A stretch of 63,651 bases of DNA, filler included, from Olpidium bornovanus S191 (GCA_017911155.1; 29 parts of 29 records of this genome joined end to end with filler, not necessarily neighbours in it); one strand, 5' to 3'; counted from the first letter of the whole stretch, positions 11,152-24,081 are shown. The notes: generated by a model from the sequence alone, not told the origin. Made by a program: numbers and translations.

Positions 11152-13429
11152 TTACGTGTTCAAGGGGTTGGATATGACGATTGGGGCTGGCCTCATCGGC
11201 ACCGGCGGTGGTTGATGTTGTGGCGGCGTTGGCGATGCCGTCCGCACGGCCCTCGCCGTAGGGAGCATGAGCTCAGCCGCGGACGGCGGCGGTGACGCCT
11301 GCTGCCGCGGGAACGGGCTGTCGCGACGCACAGACGGCGGCTCAGATGACTGCTGGCCGAGTCGTTTGAGGTTCTTAAGCACGAATACCGGATTCTCGCG
11401 GGCCTGCTGCAGCTGCTGGAACAGGGGCAGTGGCTTCTCATCGTAGTCTAGCCGACGCTCTGAAGTCGCCCGGGAACGGAAAGTACGGTTTTTGGCGTGC
11501 GCCCCGGCGCTCAGAAGCGGAATAAGAGACACCCGCAAGATAAAGAAATTTTTCTTCCTGGTTCGTTTTGTATTTAGCACGTTGAAACCCTTACCATGCT
11601 TCCCGTTCTCACCGTGGACGATGAATAACGCGTACTGCTGCCAATCTTGACTGGCCTTGTACTTCTTGAGGGCCGCTGCGAGGACCCGGTGACACGGGTC
11701 GTCGGGAGATATGCGGAAGTTCTGCAAGTCGGTTTGCATAAAATTTTAACCGCGGATCAACGGAGGCCACGTCGACCAAAAAGGCCACCAACAATCTGAC
11801 GTTGATGAGGAGATCCGAGCTCGTATTCTGAGATCGAAAAGAGCCAAATCAGTGACGAGCGGCGCAAAGGAAAGGGAAGACGGCACCATAGCACGGCGAA
11901 GTCAAGGCGGGGCTTCAGGAAAACATACGAGATCCGACGTGCTTTGCTGTTTGACGTGTTTTGAAACGGCCGAGTTCGGTTTCTCGGAGGGGTGAGCCTG
12001 TGTTGTCGCGCTTTGGGACGGAGCGTCCGTCGAATTCCTTTCGGGCTGGTCCGGAAATGGTGATGGCTGCAACAGATGTCGACCCCGGCCGGTGGAGGGA
12101 ATTGTCGCAAAAAGAAAGCGGATACAAGGGAACGTTAGCCGGTTCTTCAAGAAAAACGATGATAGATTTCATACAATAAGTATCCGTAGCGAAAAGTCAA
12201 GAAAATAGACAATCGAATAATACATATATAAAAAAACTTCTATGTACGGAGAATCAGAGAGAAGGTGGGCGTCTGAGGTGCAAAGGTTGGTCTTCTGGGA
12301 CACGTACGAGGCCCGACCCGGTAGGCTGTTTGGCATGCTTCCAACCCGCCGAGTTAGGCGTTTCGGACGTAACCACCTGCATCCGCCTGTTTTGTGACAC
12401 GGTGTCCGTCAGGTTTAGCTTGGCCTGCTCCGGGACTGGTAACGGCTGCGACATAATTTTCGTTGAAAGGGGGGCACAAGAGTAAGACCTCGCACCAATG
12501 TAAGGTCAGAGCACCCAAAGTCCGCCACCCCAGGATAATGGATGAAACAAAAGAAAAGAATGGCGCCTCCCTCACGAGCAACGATTTCGCATGCAATTTC
12601 CGGGACCCCGGCAGTCATCGAAAACAGCTCAGGGCACCGAACAACGGCGGAAAAAAAAAAAAAAAGGAAGCACGCCAAAAATTTATTCCCTGGTCCTTCA
12701 CTTGGCGTTCGCTCCGGCTCGCAGGTGATCCGTCCCTGCCAAAAACAGAACTGACCTCGCGCTCCTTCAAGACCTTCCGCAGGGATAAGATATCGTCCCG
12801 GGCGCGCTGCATTTCGGCGTCAAGCCTGTGCACCTCGGCAGCCAGCCTGCTGAAAGTTTCGTCCCTTTCGCGCAATGCCGCGTGCAACGTCGCGTCCAGG
12901 CGCGCCAGCTCCTCGCCCACAAAGAAACCCGGCGACAGCATCTTGCAGCCAGCGGCCGGGGTCTCGGCGCTGCTGACAACGGCGGTGGCGCTCCCGAGGC
13001 TGTCGGTCGGGGTCGTTGCTAGCTTATGCGCCGGGCAGCCGAGCCGGCCATCAGCACTGGGCAGCGCACACAAAAGTCCTCCACTTTGGAAGGCAAAAAG
13101 GAGGGGGAAAAAAACACGCGGGGAAGCTTACCAAAAAAGGTCCTTTTGCGGAAGCTTTCGTGTCAGAAGAAAACGGGAAACGGGATAACATTTCAGTCCA
13201 AAAAAAGGAAACCCCTTTCGGACGCGGGGCAAAAACTTTGCCAAACGCAGACTTCGCCCGTGGTCTCTACCGGGAGTATACTCGTCGGACTCCACCGGCA
13301 CGCGGTGCCGCACCTTGACGTCATAAACAGCCCTGAGGATCGCGATCCTCCGCCCGACAGACCATACGGAGAGGTCCCTTAGGGTGTCGTGGCTGAGGTG
13401 CACGAGGACGTCACCGGTGATCTCGTTAT
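11152..13429 (-). CDS. STE50: STE50-like SAM + coiled-coil + Ras-association adaptor (exon structure partly resolved)
   Basis: SAM: NEITGDVLVHLSHDTLRDLSVWSVGRRIAILRAVYDVK. RA: FRISPDDPCHRVLAAALKKYKASQDWQQYALFIVHG...ERRLDYDEKPLPLFQQLQQARENPVFVLK. Confidence 0.8.
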
Positions 13430-13645
13430 CTTAGGGACGGCCCGCCCCGCCGGGGAGCAGGAGAGGAGGTGGTAGAGCCGAAAAGCTTCAGCACTTTCCA
13501 CGCCACCCGGGTCAGGACGCGGAAAGGGAAAAAAACGCCTCCTGCTTTCTGCGGTCGGCGCGTAACGCCGGGGGGCCGCGACCTTTTGCAACCGGGGCGC
13601 TTTCGTTACACCAGCGGAAATAGGAAAAAGGAAAGCGTGCTCTTT

Positions 13646-13689
<44 letters not shown>

Positions 13690-13824
13690 CCCCCCCCCCC
13701 CCCCCCCCACCACCCCCCCCCCCGNNNNNNNNNNNNNNNNNNNNNNNNNNNNNNNNNNNNNNNNNNNNTTAATTAATTAANNNNNNNNNNNNNNNNNNNN
13801 NNNNNNNNNNNNNNNNNNNNNNNN

Positions 13825-14789
13825 CATGATACTTCTAGACACACCTTCTCTCCCGAAAAGCCTTCCTCATCCTCATCCGGCTCAACTTCATCGTTGTACT
13901 CCATCTCCAAACACGCGAACACGGGGTTTTCGAACCCGACGTCCAAACCAACGCAGGAGAAACAGATCGTGTGCGATCTATGTGCTTCCAGTGGTGACGA
14001 TATGGTGAGCGGATTCATTGTATCCCGGTTGAGGATATAGACAAGTTTTTGCTTCTCGACAGCAGCTGTTTTGGATTCGTATTCGCGATATGTCCATCAG
14101 CAGTCCTTAACCCAGCGGAAATGTGGAAAACGGTGAAGCGGGTCGGCGAAATCCCACCTAACATAACGGCCCTCCCCTTCGGATCGACGGCGAGATACTG
14201 GCCCGGCACGACTCTACGGACACCAGACTTTCCATACGTTTCTTGATGCACCTTCTCCAGCACATTTTTTGTTGGGTTGTACTCCAAAATAACTATTCTT
14301 CCAGAGTCCGAGCCGATAATAATGTAGTCTGCCAAGCAACAATAAGATAGAAGTGAGCGGCATTTGGACAACCCGGTGTACAGAATGATTTCGCAGGCTG
14401 GCCGTCCAGGCCGACTTCAACGCTTGACCAAGCTATCATTACGGCCTTTCCCTGCGCAAGCACTCTACGCAGGTCCGCCCCGGAGGGTGTACCGCACCAC
14501 GGGGGAAGCCAGGACAAGCACACCAACGCACGTTCTCCGCGCTGTCATCGAAGTGTTCCTCACCTTTGGAGCCTCCAGTAAGCCTGAAGGGGGCCAGCGA
14601 CCTTATTTGGCCAAAGATTTCGTGGGAAAGCACGGAGTGCACGGTACCGGTGTTCGGGTCCGGCCGCAGGAGCTCTATGCGCGAACCGTGGGAAACGACG
14701 AGCTCCTGCACCTTCGTGCCGGAAAAGTTTCCAAGGACGGCATTGTTGATACCAGCCGGCGGGCTGAGCGTGAGGTTGTACAGAAACAT
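13825..14789 (-). CDS. RSE1: Splicing factor RSE1/SF3B3, 5' part, spliced
   Basis: MFLYNLTL...[10 protein letters not shown]...[13 protein letters not shown] / [12 protein letters not shown]...[29 protein letters not shown] / [14 protein letters not shown]...ISSPLEAH...[13 protein letters not shown]. Confidence 0.97.
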
Positions 14790-17082
14790 GGTGCCGCTCT
14801 CGGCTCCGCCAGGCGCCCGCTAAGTCCGCAGCGCCGTTTGTTTCGCGGCACACCACGTCGAGTCCTCGCGCCCGCCAGGTATACGCGCCCACGGTGGAGA
14901 GTCCGTTGTCCGTCTTTTTTTTTTTTTTTTGTTGTTTGTCCGAGGAACCGGCGGCGGTCTCACACGCGGCGCCGGCTTGCTTTCTCCGCCGCGTCCTCGC
15001 CCTCGCCCTTGCCCTGCACCCTCTTTCGTGTGCAGGTACAACGGGAAGAGAGAGAGAGAGATGGGCGGCGCGTGTCGCGCGCGGCTGCTGCTCAGGGCGA
15101 CAAAGGGAGGAAAACGGGAGAGAAGGAACGGGCCGGGGAGGCGGAGCGGAGGGTTTTCGTTTTTGGGAGCGGCAGCCAGGGCGAAAAACGCAGGCTCTGC
15201 CGCTCCGGCAAACTTTTTTTCCCGCGAGCACCGGCCGAATGAGGACGCCCACCCGGAGAGCTCCTGAAAACCACACCTACCTGCACACCGCAGCACGCCA
15301 TCCCACATCGTGCCTGCTGATGTCGGCAGTGGGGGGAGGCCCCCCTCCAGCAGAATTGGTTTTTGTCTCACCGCCCGTGCCTCATCTTGTTGCAGCGTTT
15401 GCCGCCGTCAATTCCAGCTACTGCGGTCACCGCTGAGTGTGAAACAAACAACCGCCCACCTCTTAGCTTCGCATTATCGGGGATTCGGCGAGCTTTCGCC
15501 TTCTCGAAACACGCTAACAACAAAAAACGGACTCACAACGAATGCGTAAAGAACAGGCGCGTCGATGTGGCGATGGCGTGCGCACCCCGCCTGGCGCGTC
15601 GCAAGCAATCACCTGCAAACGTTCTCTCCTGTCGCCATCGACCGCGTTCCAGCACTGGCACAAAGCGACGACAGCACAATCCACAGTGGAGGTGGGCATT
15701 TGTCCTTTCTTTTTGCCGTTTGGAGGCCCCTCCGGAAAAGCGACAGCCGCAACCCGCGCGACAAAGGTCACGCGGCCAATGCATGNNNNNNNNNNNNNNN
15801 NNNNNNNNNNNNNNNNNNNNNNNNNNNNNTTAATTAATTAANNNNNNNNNNNNNNNNNNNNNNNNNNNNNNNNNNNNNNNNNNNNCATGGGGCCAAAATC
15901 AATTTACTCATTTAGAGATAAATTTGTACAGAAATGGCGGGTGACGCTTCCGCGTGGACCGGATTTGCGGATCGGTGGTGCTTGCCATCCGTCTTGACGC
16001 CCGCTGTCTGGACGCTGGCCAGTTTCGAAGCTTTAATTTAAGGGCCCTCCGCAGTGTATTTCCGAAGCACATCCAATTACCGGCGCTTTCGCCAAAGCCC
16101 GTGCCGTTCCCCGGGGTACGCCCCAGTATGTCCCCCGGTGCACGTCGGCTGCCGATGCAGCTGTGCTCTCAGGGTGCCTTCACCGGTGGGCTGGGTGGCT
16201 TCCCCGGGGAAGGGGAAAGCCACCCTCTCCGGGGTGTGGGGTCCGCAGGTGAACTCGCACTTCACCCTCGCCAGAACACACCAAAACAAACCGCTCTCCG
16301 CGCGGTGCTCGCCACTTTCCGCGCTCTGCTCCTCGCCCTCCGTTCCTTGCTCTCCGCTTCCCGCACTCCACTCCTTGCCCTCCGCTCCCTGCTCTCCCGC
16401 TTCCCGCGCTCTGCGTTTCGCTGTCTGCTCCCCGCTCTCCGCTTCCCGCGCTCCGCTCCCCGCTCCCCGCTCTCCGCTCCTCGCACTCGCGCCCTCCTGA
16501 CGTCACCCAGGCTCACCCAGAAACGCGCCGGAATGAAATTGTCTTGCCGCCGTCGATAGGCCAAACGACTGTAGTCTCTAGTTGCTTTCTGTGGTAGTAC
16601 GACGTACTTCTACGGCGGTAGATCCCGATGATTGTGGTATTTGACGATGATGGAACGCGCTGATTGGTCGACGGCACAGAAGTCGGGGTGGGGGAAGGGG
16701 TGAGGAGGGGGCAGGTAGAAAGTATGTGCGAAAAGCTGGGGGACGGGAAGGGAGGTATGTGGGTACACAATTAGGGAAAACTCGATGGAATCTATGATTG
16801 TCATGGACGTGTACGATCAGGCCAGAAATTGGCCGACGTCGGGAACGAAGAGGGGCTGTCTGGGTGCCGACGGAAGCCTGCAGCTTGTGCCCTGCTTCCT
16901 TCTGCTCGGCGAAGCCAGCATANNNNNNNNNNNNNNNNNNNNNNNNNNNNNNNNNNNNNNNNNNNNTTAATTAATTAANNNNNNNNNNNNNNNNNNNNNN
17001 NNNNNNNNNNNNNNNNNNNNNNCCAAAAAAAAAAGAAAAGGAAAGTCCACCAACCAAACCTCCCCGTCTCTCCGCGCGCCAG

Positions 17083-18176
17083 GTGCATGTACAGTTGCGA
17101 TGATGGCTTCTTGAACGACTACCATCTCGTGCACCTGGGCGCCTTCGCGCTGCGCGGCGCTGCGCTCACGATGGTCGAGGCCACCGCTGTGGCGCCCGAA
17201 GGGAGAATATCCCCGTCCGATTCGGGCCTTTGGAAATCGGAGCACGTCCCGTTGCACAAAAGGGTCGTCGACTTCATACACAGCGTGGACGGGAAAGCCG
17301 GCATCCAGCTTGCGCACGCCGGCAGAAAGGTGGGAGATGGTTGAGGGGGGAGGAGAGGAGAAAGAGGGGAAGGAGGAGGGAGAGGGAGGGGGTGGACGGG
17401 TGGACCGTAGAACGAGGCCGACGGTTTGGCGACCGTATCCCCGCTGAGTGCGGGAATACCGACTCTGACCGTCTTCAGGCCAGCACGTATCCGCCCTGGC
17501 ACAAGGCAGACGCGAGGAGCACGGCGGCCGAGTCCGACGGGGGATGGCCAACCGCCGTCTACGGGCCCTCCGACCAGCCGTACCCGGGCCTCAACGAAGT
17601 GAGGGAGATGACCGTCGACGACATTCGGGTTCTCGTCCACCGGTTCGCGCAGTCGGCTCGGTGGGCTGACGAAGCGGGGTACCATGTCGTCGAGATCCAC
17701 GCCGCGCACGGCTACCTGCTCCACAGTGAGTGTCGGGCGTGATCGCCGGATTTTTTGTTTTTGGCGTGCTCCCAGCTTTCACGCGACCACCCGAAACTTG
17801 GGTCATACGCAAATCCGATTTCGACCCCGTCCCGAAGCGTCTCGGATTCTTAACGCCCCCGGATCTTGCGAACTCAATACCCTCCCAGGCTTCCTGAGTC
17901 CCATATCCAACACGCGCACCGATGAGTACGGCGGATCCTTTGAGAACCGTGCCCGGGTACTCGTCGAGGTGTTTCGCGCAGTACGGCTAAACCTGCCGGC
18001 GGAGAAGCCTATTTTTGTCCGGATCTCGTGTACCGACTGGATCGACGGCGGATGGGACCTCGAGCAGTCGGTGCGGCTCGCCGCCGAGCTCAAGGGACTG
18101 GGCGCGGACTTGATCGACTGCTCGTCGGCAGGGCTTGACCCCGCGCAGAAATTCGATCCCTTCAGTGGGTTCCAGG
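17083..18176 (+). CDS. NADH:flavin oxidoreductase, Old Yellow Enzyme family (YqjM/NamA-like), partial, spliced
   Basis: [80 protein letters not shown]. Confidence 0.93.
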
Positions 18177-18550
18177 TAGGCATTGTATTTTTTCGAAAAC
18201 GTTTTCTTTTGCGGCCTTTCTTTGGGGGATTCAGGGGGAAAAGGAAGGAAGGGGGGGGGGNNNNNNNNNNNNNNNNNNNNNNNNNNNNNNNNNNNNNNNN
18301 NNNNTTAATTAATTAANNNNNNNNNNNNNNNNNNNNNNNNNNNNNNNNNNNNNNNNNNNNCCCCCCCCCCCCCCCCCCCCGTTGCTCCGCGTGGGAGTAC
18401 GGTTCAGCAGTTTCTGGGCTTGCCCCGTGCGCAGAGAGAGAGAAAGACGGAGAGAGGAAGAGAAGGGCCCAAGATCGCCCTTGTAGGCGCGACACCACGG
18501 AACGCCCACCCCGCGCGGTCTGGTCCGACTGCTGCAAGACCAACCTCCCC

Positions 18551-19656
18551 ATGGCGCGTCTAGGAAAGCTGAGCACCGCGACAGTGGCGAGCGCGGCGGC
18601 CGTATTTTCGCGGCCGCCCTGCTTTCTCCAGCGCGTACGGCTCAACGCCGCCTCTGCTGCGAGCGGATCGGCCCGGCGCCCGCCGACGTCCGCCGCGTAC
18701 CTTTCGACGTCCGCCAGCTCGGCACGTTCTTACTGCCCGAAACGACCGCGGCCCCGGCCGCACTTGGACCGCCAGTTGCACTCGGCGGCAACAGGCTCGG
18801 CACAGCCTGGTGCGCCGGAGCCCGCAAGTGCCGGGGAAGGAGCGAGGGCGGTTTCGAGCATTGAACTCCGCCCGGACCCCGAGGCAGTCTACCTGGCTAC
18901 GATGCTCAAAAACAAAGCCTGCGCACCGCCGTACAAGGAGGGGGCCGAAATTCCCAAGGAATGGGCGCCCCTGACGTTTGCGGAGAAGGACCGGTTATTG
19001 ACGGTCCGTGTGCCAAAGGACACCCTCCGGCAGGCGGCGAGGATCCGTGAAGCTGTTGGTGTGGCCCGCCGGGCCGTGAAGAAGGGCACGGCGCGGTACA
19101 CGCCCGACTACTTTGAGGAGACGGGCCACCCGGAGAGCTTTATTGCTACAATGCTCACTCGCGAGAACGTCGATAGCTACAGTCAGCGCGTGCTGAAGAT
19201 CAATCCACCCAAAGTAGGGTTCAGCGCGGAGCATCAGGCACCGGGAGCCGAGGGCACCCCCAAGCCGGTGGAAAATACGGAATCTTCGAGGCCGGAACCC
19301 GTCGCGGGCCGCTCTCGCCCTCCGCTGTTCCTGCGGTCTCTGTCGGTTGACGATTGCGCGAGAACGCCCAATTCCGATTTCGTCAACCCGGCCTTCAAAC
19401 CCGACCGCCTGCCTCTGCGGGGAGGCATTTCGCCGGAGGAAGCTGACATCGTCTTCCGCCAGTTGCCGCTGGCGGAAGTCGAGGCCGCCAAGGCAGACGG
19501 TGCGCTCGACGTTTCCGAGGAGGAGCTCCTGCGCCGCAAGCTGCGGAAGGCCGAGATGGTCGCTCGCATCGTTAGCTTGTACCTTTCCGAGGATAGCGAT
19601 ATCGACGCGGCGAACCGCAAGAAGATCCAATGGATGTTTGGGAATGATGAACATGA
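18551..19656 (+). CDS. Probable mitochondrial ribosomal protein uS15m, 3' truncated
   Basis: Arg/Ser/Ala-rich presequence-like N-terminus. The ORF ends AEMVARIVSL...IDAANRKKIQWMFGNDEHD at the contig edge, matching the segment that precedes the S15 DTGS motif in fungal mt uS15. The diagnostic motif itself is cut off. Confidence 0.6.
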
Positions 19657-19756
19657 NNNNNNNNNNNNNNNNNNNNNNNNNNNNNNNNNNNNNNNNNNNN
19701 TTAATTAATTAANNNNNNNNNNNNNNNNNNNNNNNNNNNNNNNNNNNNNNNNNNNN

Positions 19757-21078
19757 CATGTGAAAAGGCGGTGACATAGCTCTGTCCTTCCCGTACTCCT
19801 TACTCACAAACGAATGCCACGTGGGGACAAGTGACTGCTGCCCTTGCGCTGTGTCGACTTCCGTTTCCGCCGGGTCGGCGTAAGCCAGCAAAACGTTGTT
19901 CGGAAAGCAGAACTGCGCGTCGAGGAGAGGCGTTAACGAAAACAGCGGCAATTTCTCGCCGAACCTCGAACGTCCCAGGCCGCCGATCTGCGCACCATGC
20001 TCAGGTATCTCGGCATATCCTCTTCGTCACAATCCTTGCGGGCCTCTCTTCGCGCCGGAAAGCGACAGAGGATCTCCGGGTAAAACCTGTAGTCCAAAGG
20101 ATGCAGCTCTTCGCACGTAATGACCGATGCCGGTGCTTCCGCAGCATTGCCGGGGCCGGCGAATTCTGTTCTGGCACGCTCCGCGCTGTCCGCGGTCGTG
20201 CCTTCACCGGCAGTCCCTGCCGCAACCGGCTCCGCGATGCCGTCGTCAGGGGCGCCAGACGTCGGCTGTTTGGCTCCAACGGTAGCTGGAGGCCCGCTGC
20301 TCTCTCCGACTCCACCGGGAGACAGCGACGGTTGCGGTTCTTGCGTCAAGATTATTGACGGGGATACGGCGTCGGAACCTTTCACCTCGCTCGGCGAGCG
20401 GGGCAACGGCCGGTAGGCGTGATTTGCCGGCGACCACTCGTCCTCGGCGTGGGCCGGGGTCGTCAGCGGGCTCGCCGGCGAAACGACGTCGAACGCGGAC
20501 GTCTGGCGACGTATGAAATCGGGGGTGGACCGCGTCAGCAGCGGCGTGGAAACATGGCGGGCGCCTGCCGCAGCTAGTGCGGGTGAGGTGGGGAAGCCGC
20601 ATTCGCTCGGCGACTGCAGCCCGGCGTCTTTTGCGTCGTCGGTGCGGATCTTGTTCTCCGAAGTCGACGTCGACAGCGACAGCGACCGCCTCCCTATACG
20701 AGCGCTGGCGTGATTCCAGCTCTTGATGATGTCCCTGCTCGCCTCGTCCCTGTCCCTGTCGAACTTCTCGATGGTCGCCAGCACTTCAGCGTACACGCCG
20801 ACATCCTCCTGCCGCAGCGCGTCCGGCGTCAGGACCTCGGTAGCCTCCTCGCTGTCGACGCCGGAAAGTTTCGACGATTCGCCTTTGAAGAGCTGCTCGT
20901 TTTCGCTGCCGCCTGCCTCCGGCTTCGCGACCAGGTACAGCGCGGACGCCCTCGCCTCCTTCGGCAGCGCTTTAGCATCGGCAATCCTGGTGAGCCGCAG
21001 GTCTGACGTCTCCCTTATGCCGACGTGGAAGTAGTAGTCGGCGAATTTGGTCGGCTCGGCCTTCTGGGGTTCGGCCAT
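19757..21078 (-). CDS. DENN-domain protein, N-terminal uDENN, 3' partial
   Basis: KFADYYFHVGI at the N-terminus; YRFYPEILCRFP...MPRYLSM / FCFPNNV...TWHSFV, typical of uDENN, with a long low-complexity insert. Confidence 0.8.
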
Positions 21079-21245
21079 GCGGACGCGGGAAACCGCTCTC
21101 TGCTGCCGGGCAGCTAGTTGCCCCACACGGCCCGCCTTTTCCGAGCTTCCTCCGAGTTATGCGATGATTTCCGTCGGTTTCGGGCAAATGGCCGCGCCCC
21201 GAAACAAAGGCCGGTCAAAATCGTTTCGCTCTTTCTCTCGTTCTC

Positions 21246-21250
<5 letters not shown>

Positions 21251-21321
<71 letters not shown>
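21251..21321. repeat. (CT)n microsatellite at contig end
   Basis: Uninterrupted CT dinucleotide run of ~70 nt. Confidence 0.97.
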
Positions 21322-21421
21322 NNNNNNNNNNNNNNNNNNNNNNNNNNNNNNNNNNNNNNNNNNNNTTAATTAATTAANNNNNNNNNNNNNNNNNNNNNNN
21401 NNNNNNNNNNNNNNNNNNNNN

Positions 21422-21526
21422 CGAGGGGAGGTGGGGAAGCGGCGAGGGGAGGTGGGGAAGCGGCGAGGGGAGGTGGGGAAGCGGCGAGGGGAGGTGGGGA
21501 AGCGACGAGGGGAGGTGGGGAAGCGG
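21422..21526 (+). repeat. G-rich 21-nt minisatellite (CGAGGGGAGGTGGGGAAGCGG)x5
   Basis: Units at 21422, 21443, 21464, 21485 (one G>A) and 21506; truncated by the contig start. Confidence 0.95.
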
Positions 21527-21677
21527 CGAGGAAGCATCGTTTTGTCGGACTTCGCTCGTTCGCGCGCCTAACGAGTTTCGCCGTTGTTTTTTTTTTGGGG
21601 GGGGGGATTCCCGTTCTTGCGGTCTCACTTTTCCTTCCTTTTCCATTATCCTCCCCGGCCCCCCCTCCCCCTCGCAG

Positions 21678-23499
21678 TCGAGGAATTCGGTGAGGCGGTC
21701 GCGCAGAAGGACGTGTCCACGCTGAGGATGAGCCTCCGGCTGGAGAAGCGCGCCCGCCCGGACGACCCGCCGGAATTGAAAAGGGCGGCCCGCTCCACCG
21801 TGGCGCATCTGACCCAGTACCCGCAGTTCCCCGACTGGCGCGAGTTGGTTCCCGAGCATAATGTCGGCGAGGTGGCCCCCACGTTGTCAGACACCTCCGG
21901 CGCCCTGGAGAAGCCCAAATCGCCCAACCGCCGCCTGCTGCTGCCCCCTCCCGGTGAGTCCGGGATTTGCCGAGGGAACGGGAACGCCCCCCCGCCGTAC
22001 CGATGGTCGCGGCGCTGACCATGCTGTTCAGCTCTTTATTTCGACCGGCCGGTATCGGCCGTGTTGACCATGTTCCGCACGTCGCTCGGAAACGGTCTTC
22101 CATCGTCGGCGATCCCGGATTTGCAGGACCACTACGGCCGGAACTCGCTTCCTGCTCCCCCGAAACCCTCGACGCTGAAGATGCTGGTGAAACAACTCAC
22201 GGACTTCATGGTCCTGATATTGTTGGCGGCGACGATCACAACAGCGGTCATGGGCGAGACGGATTCCTCGATCGTCCTCGCCGTCGTCATTGTGCTCAAC
22301 ACCGTCATCGGGTTCACCCAGGAGTACAAGGCCAACAAGGCGATGGAGGCGCTCTCGTCGCTGGACGTGCCCATGGCCCAGGTCATTCGCGACGGCCAGA
22401 CGGAGATGGTCGAGTCGGCGACCCTGGTGCCCGGCGACGTCGTCATCCTCGAAGAGGGACAGGCGGTTCCCGCGGATCTGCGTCTCGTCGAAGTTTCGCA
22501 GCTTGAAATCGTCGAGAGCATCCTAACCGGTGAGAGCGTCGGCGTCCAGAAGAGCGTCGAGCGTATTCGCGCGAAGGTCCGTACTCTGTTTCACCCGTGC
22601 GTCCGCAGAATTTCGGTGCTTACGGGCTGTGCTCAACTCGTTTTTTCCCCCTGCCGAACAGACGAGAAAACTTCCTCTTGGCGACTGCAAAGGCAGCGCC
22701 TTCATGTCCACCGTCGTCGCCCGAGGCCGCGGAAAGGGTGTCGTCGTACGTACAGGCGAACAAACGGAGGTGAGGAAAAAGGTTCAGATTTTTGCAGGAC
22801 GCCGCCGGAACCCGCGTCGCTTTCTGACGCTTTTTTCGCCGGCACACCCACCCCCCCCCTCCCTCCTCCCCGGTAGATCGGTAAAATTAGCCGCGCGATC
22901 ACCCACCAGCCTCAACAAGTGACGCAGATCCAACGGAAGCTTGCCCTGCTGGGCAAATGGCTTGTCGGCATTGCTCTCGGCCTCTGCGTCGTGATTGTCG
23001 TGATCGGTCTCGCTTGGAAGCAGGAGGCCGCCCACATGATCGAAATCGGCATCGCGCTCGCGGTTTCCGTTATCCCCGAGGGTCTCGTCGCGGTCGTCAC
23101 GGTGACCATGGCTCTCGGCGTCCGTCGCATGGCCGCGGAGAATGCGATCGTTCGGTCGCTGCCCTCCGTCGAGACGCTAGGGAGCGTCAACGTGATCTGT
23201 TCCGACAAGGTGGATGTTCGGAAAATTGTCGGATCGGAAACGGCGCTTGCCCCGTCTTTCAACTAAACCCCGCTCGCACCCTCCTTCTCCAGACCGGAAC
23301 TTTGACGGAAGGGAAGATGGGCGCCGCGCAGGTATGGACGACCGATGACTCGCTGTATACCTTCTCCAACTCTACCTCCATGGACCCGAACGTTGGCGGA
23401 GTTCTCCGTGCAAGCGCCCGGGCGTCCGTTATTCATCCGGACGTTTCGCACAAAAAAGAGGGCGCCTTGGCGGCCGACGAACCGGTTCCTTTGTCCAAG
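21678..23499 (+). CDS. P2-type cation-transporting ATPase (IIA/IID-like), internal fragment, spliced
   Basis: YGRNSL, FTQEYKANKAMEAL, LVPGDVVILEEGQAVPADLRL, ESILTGES, AVSVIPEGL, LPSVETLGSVNVICSDK/TGTLT (phosphorylation motif split by an intron). Confidence 0.93.
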
Positions 23500-23623
23500 N
23501 NNNNNNNNNNNNNNNNNNNNNNNNNNNNNNNNNNNNNNNNNNNTTAATTAATTAANNNNNNNNNNNNNNNNNNNNNNNNNNNNNNNNNNNNNNNNNNNNC
23601 GGCATGTCTGTTATGCGCATTGC

Positions 23624-23645
23624 TTAGGGTTAGGGTTACTTAGGG
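23624..23645 (+). repeat. Short interstitial telomere-like repeat TTAGGG TTAGGG TTAC TTAGGG
   Basis: Three TTAGGG hexamers within 22 nt. Confidence 0.7.
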
Positions 23646-24081
23646 TTTGCCTCGGCGTGTCAATTTGACGACAAGCCTTCTTCAGCAGTCCTCCGGTGTA
23701 TGCGGTTTTGTTCGGCCTTCTTCAGCACGTAAAAAAAAAATGTGGAAGGTTCTCTTACGCCGCCGAATTCACGCTTTCGTTTCGCTCACAACACCGTTTA
23801 CCTCGGAATACTTCTGGGCAAAGCCTTGAATTGCTGCGACGCGTGTTTTAAAGCTGCACGCGACACGTCGTAAACTGTGTCGCGCGACGACCGAACATTT
23901 AGTATGCGCTCGTTGACTTTCCGTTGGCCCCTCGGCCGACTCTGTCAACAGACTGATTCTCCGCCCGGATGCCGGAGACCACGTGGCGGTCCTGATTTTG
24001 CAAATTGAACGCTCCGCATATTAAAATTTTCTTTTATTTCGATAGATAATGTATGGGAAAGGTATGCTGATTTTCCGTGTT

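Noticed and set aside
16300-16500. Almost A-free pyrimidine-rich degenerate repeat (CTCCGCTTCCCGCGCT-like)
   Set aside because: Low-complexity tract without defined period or linked gene; nothing testable beyond composition.
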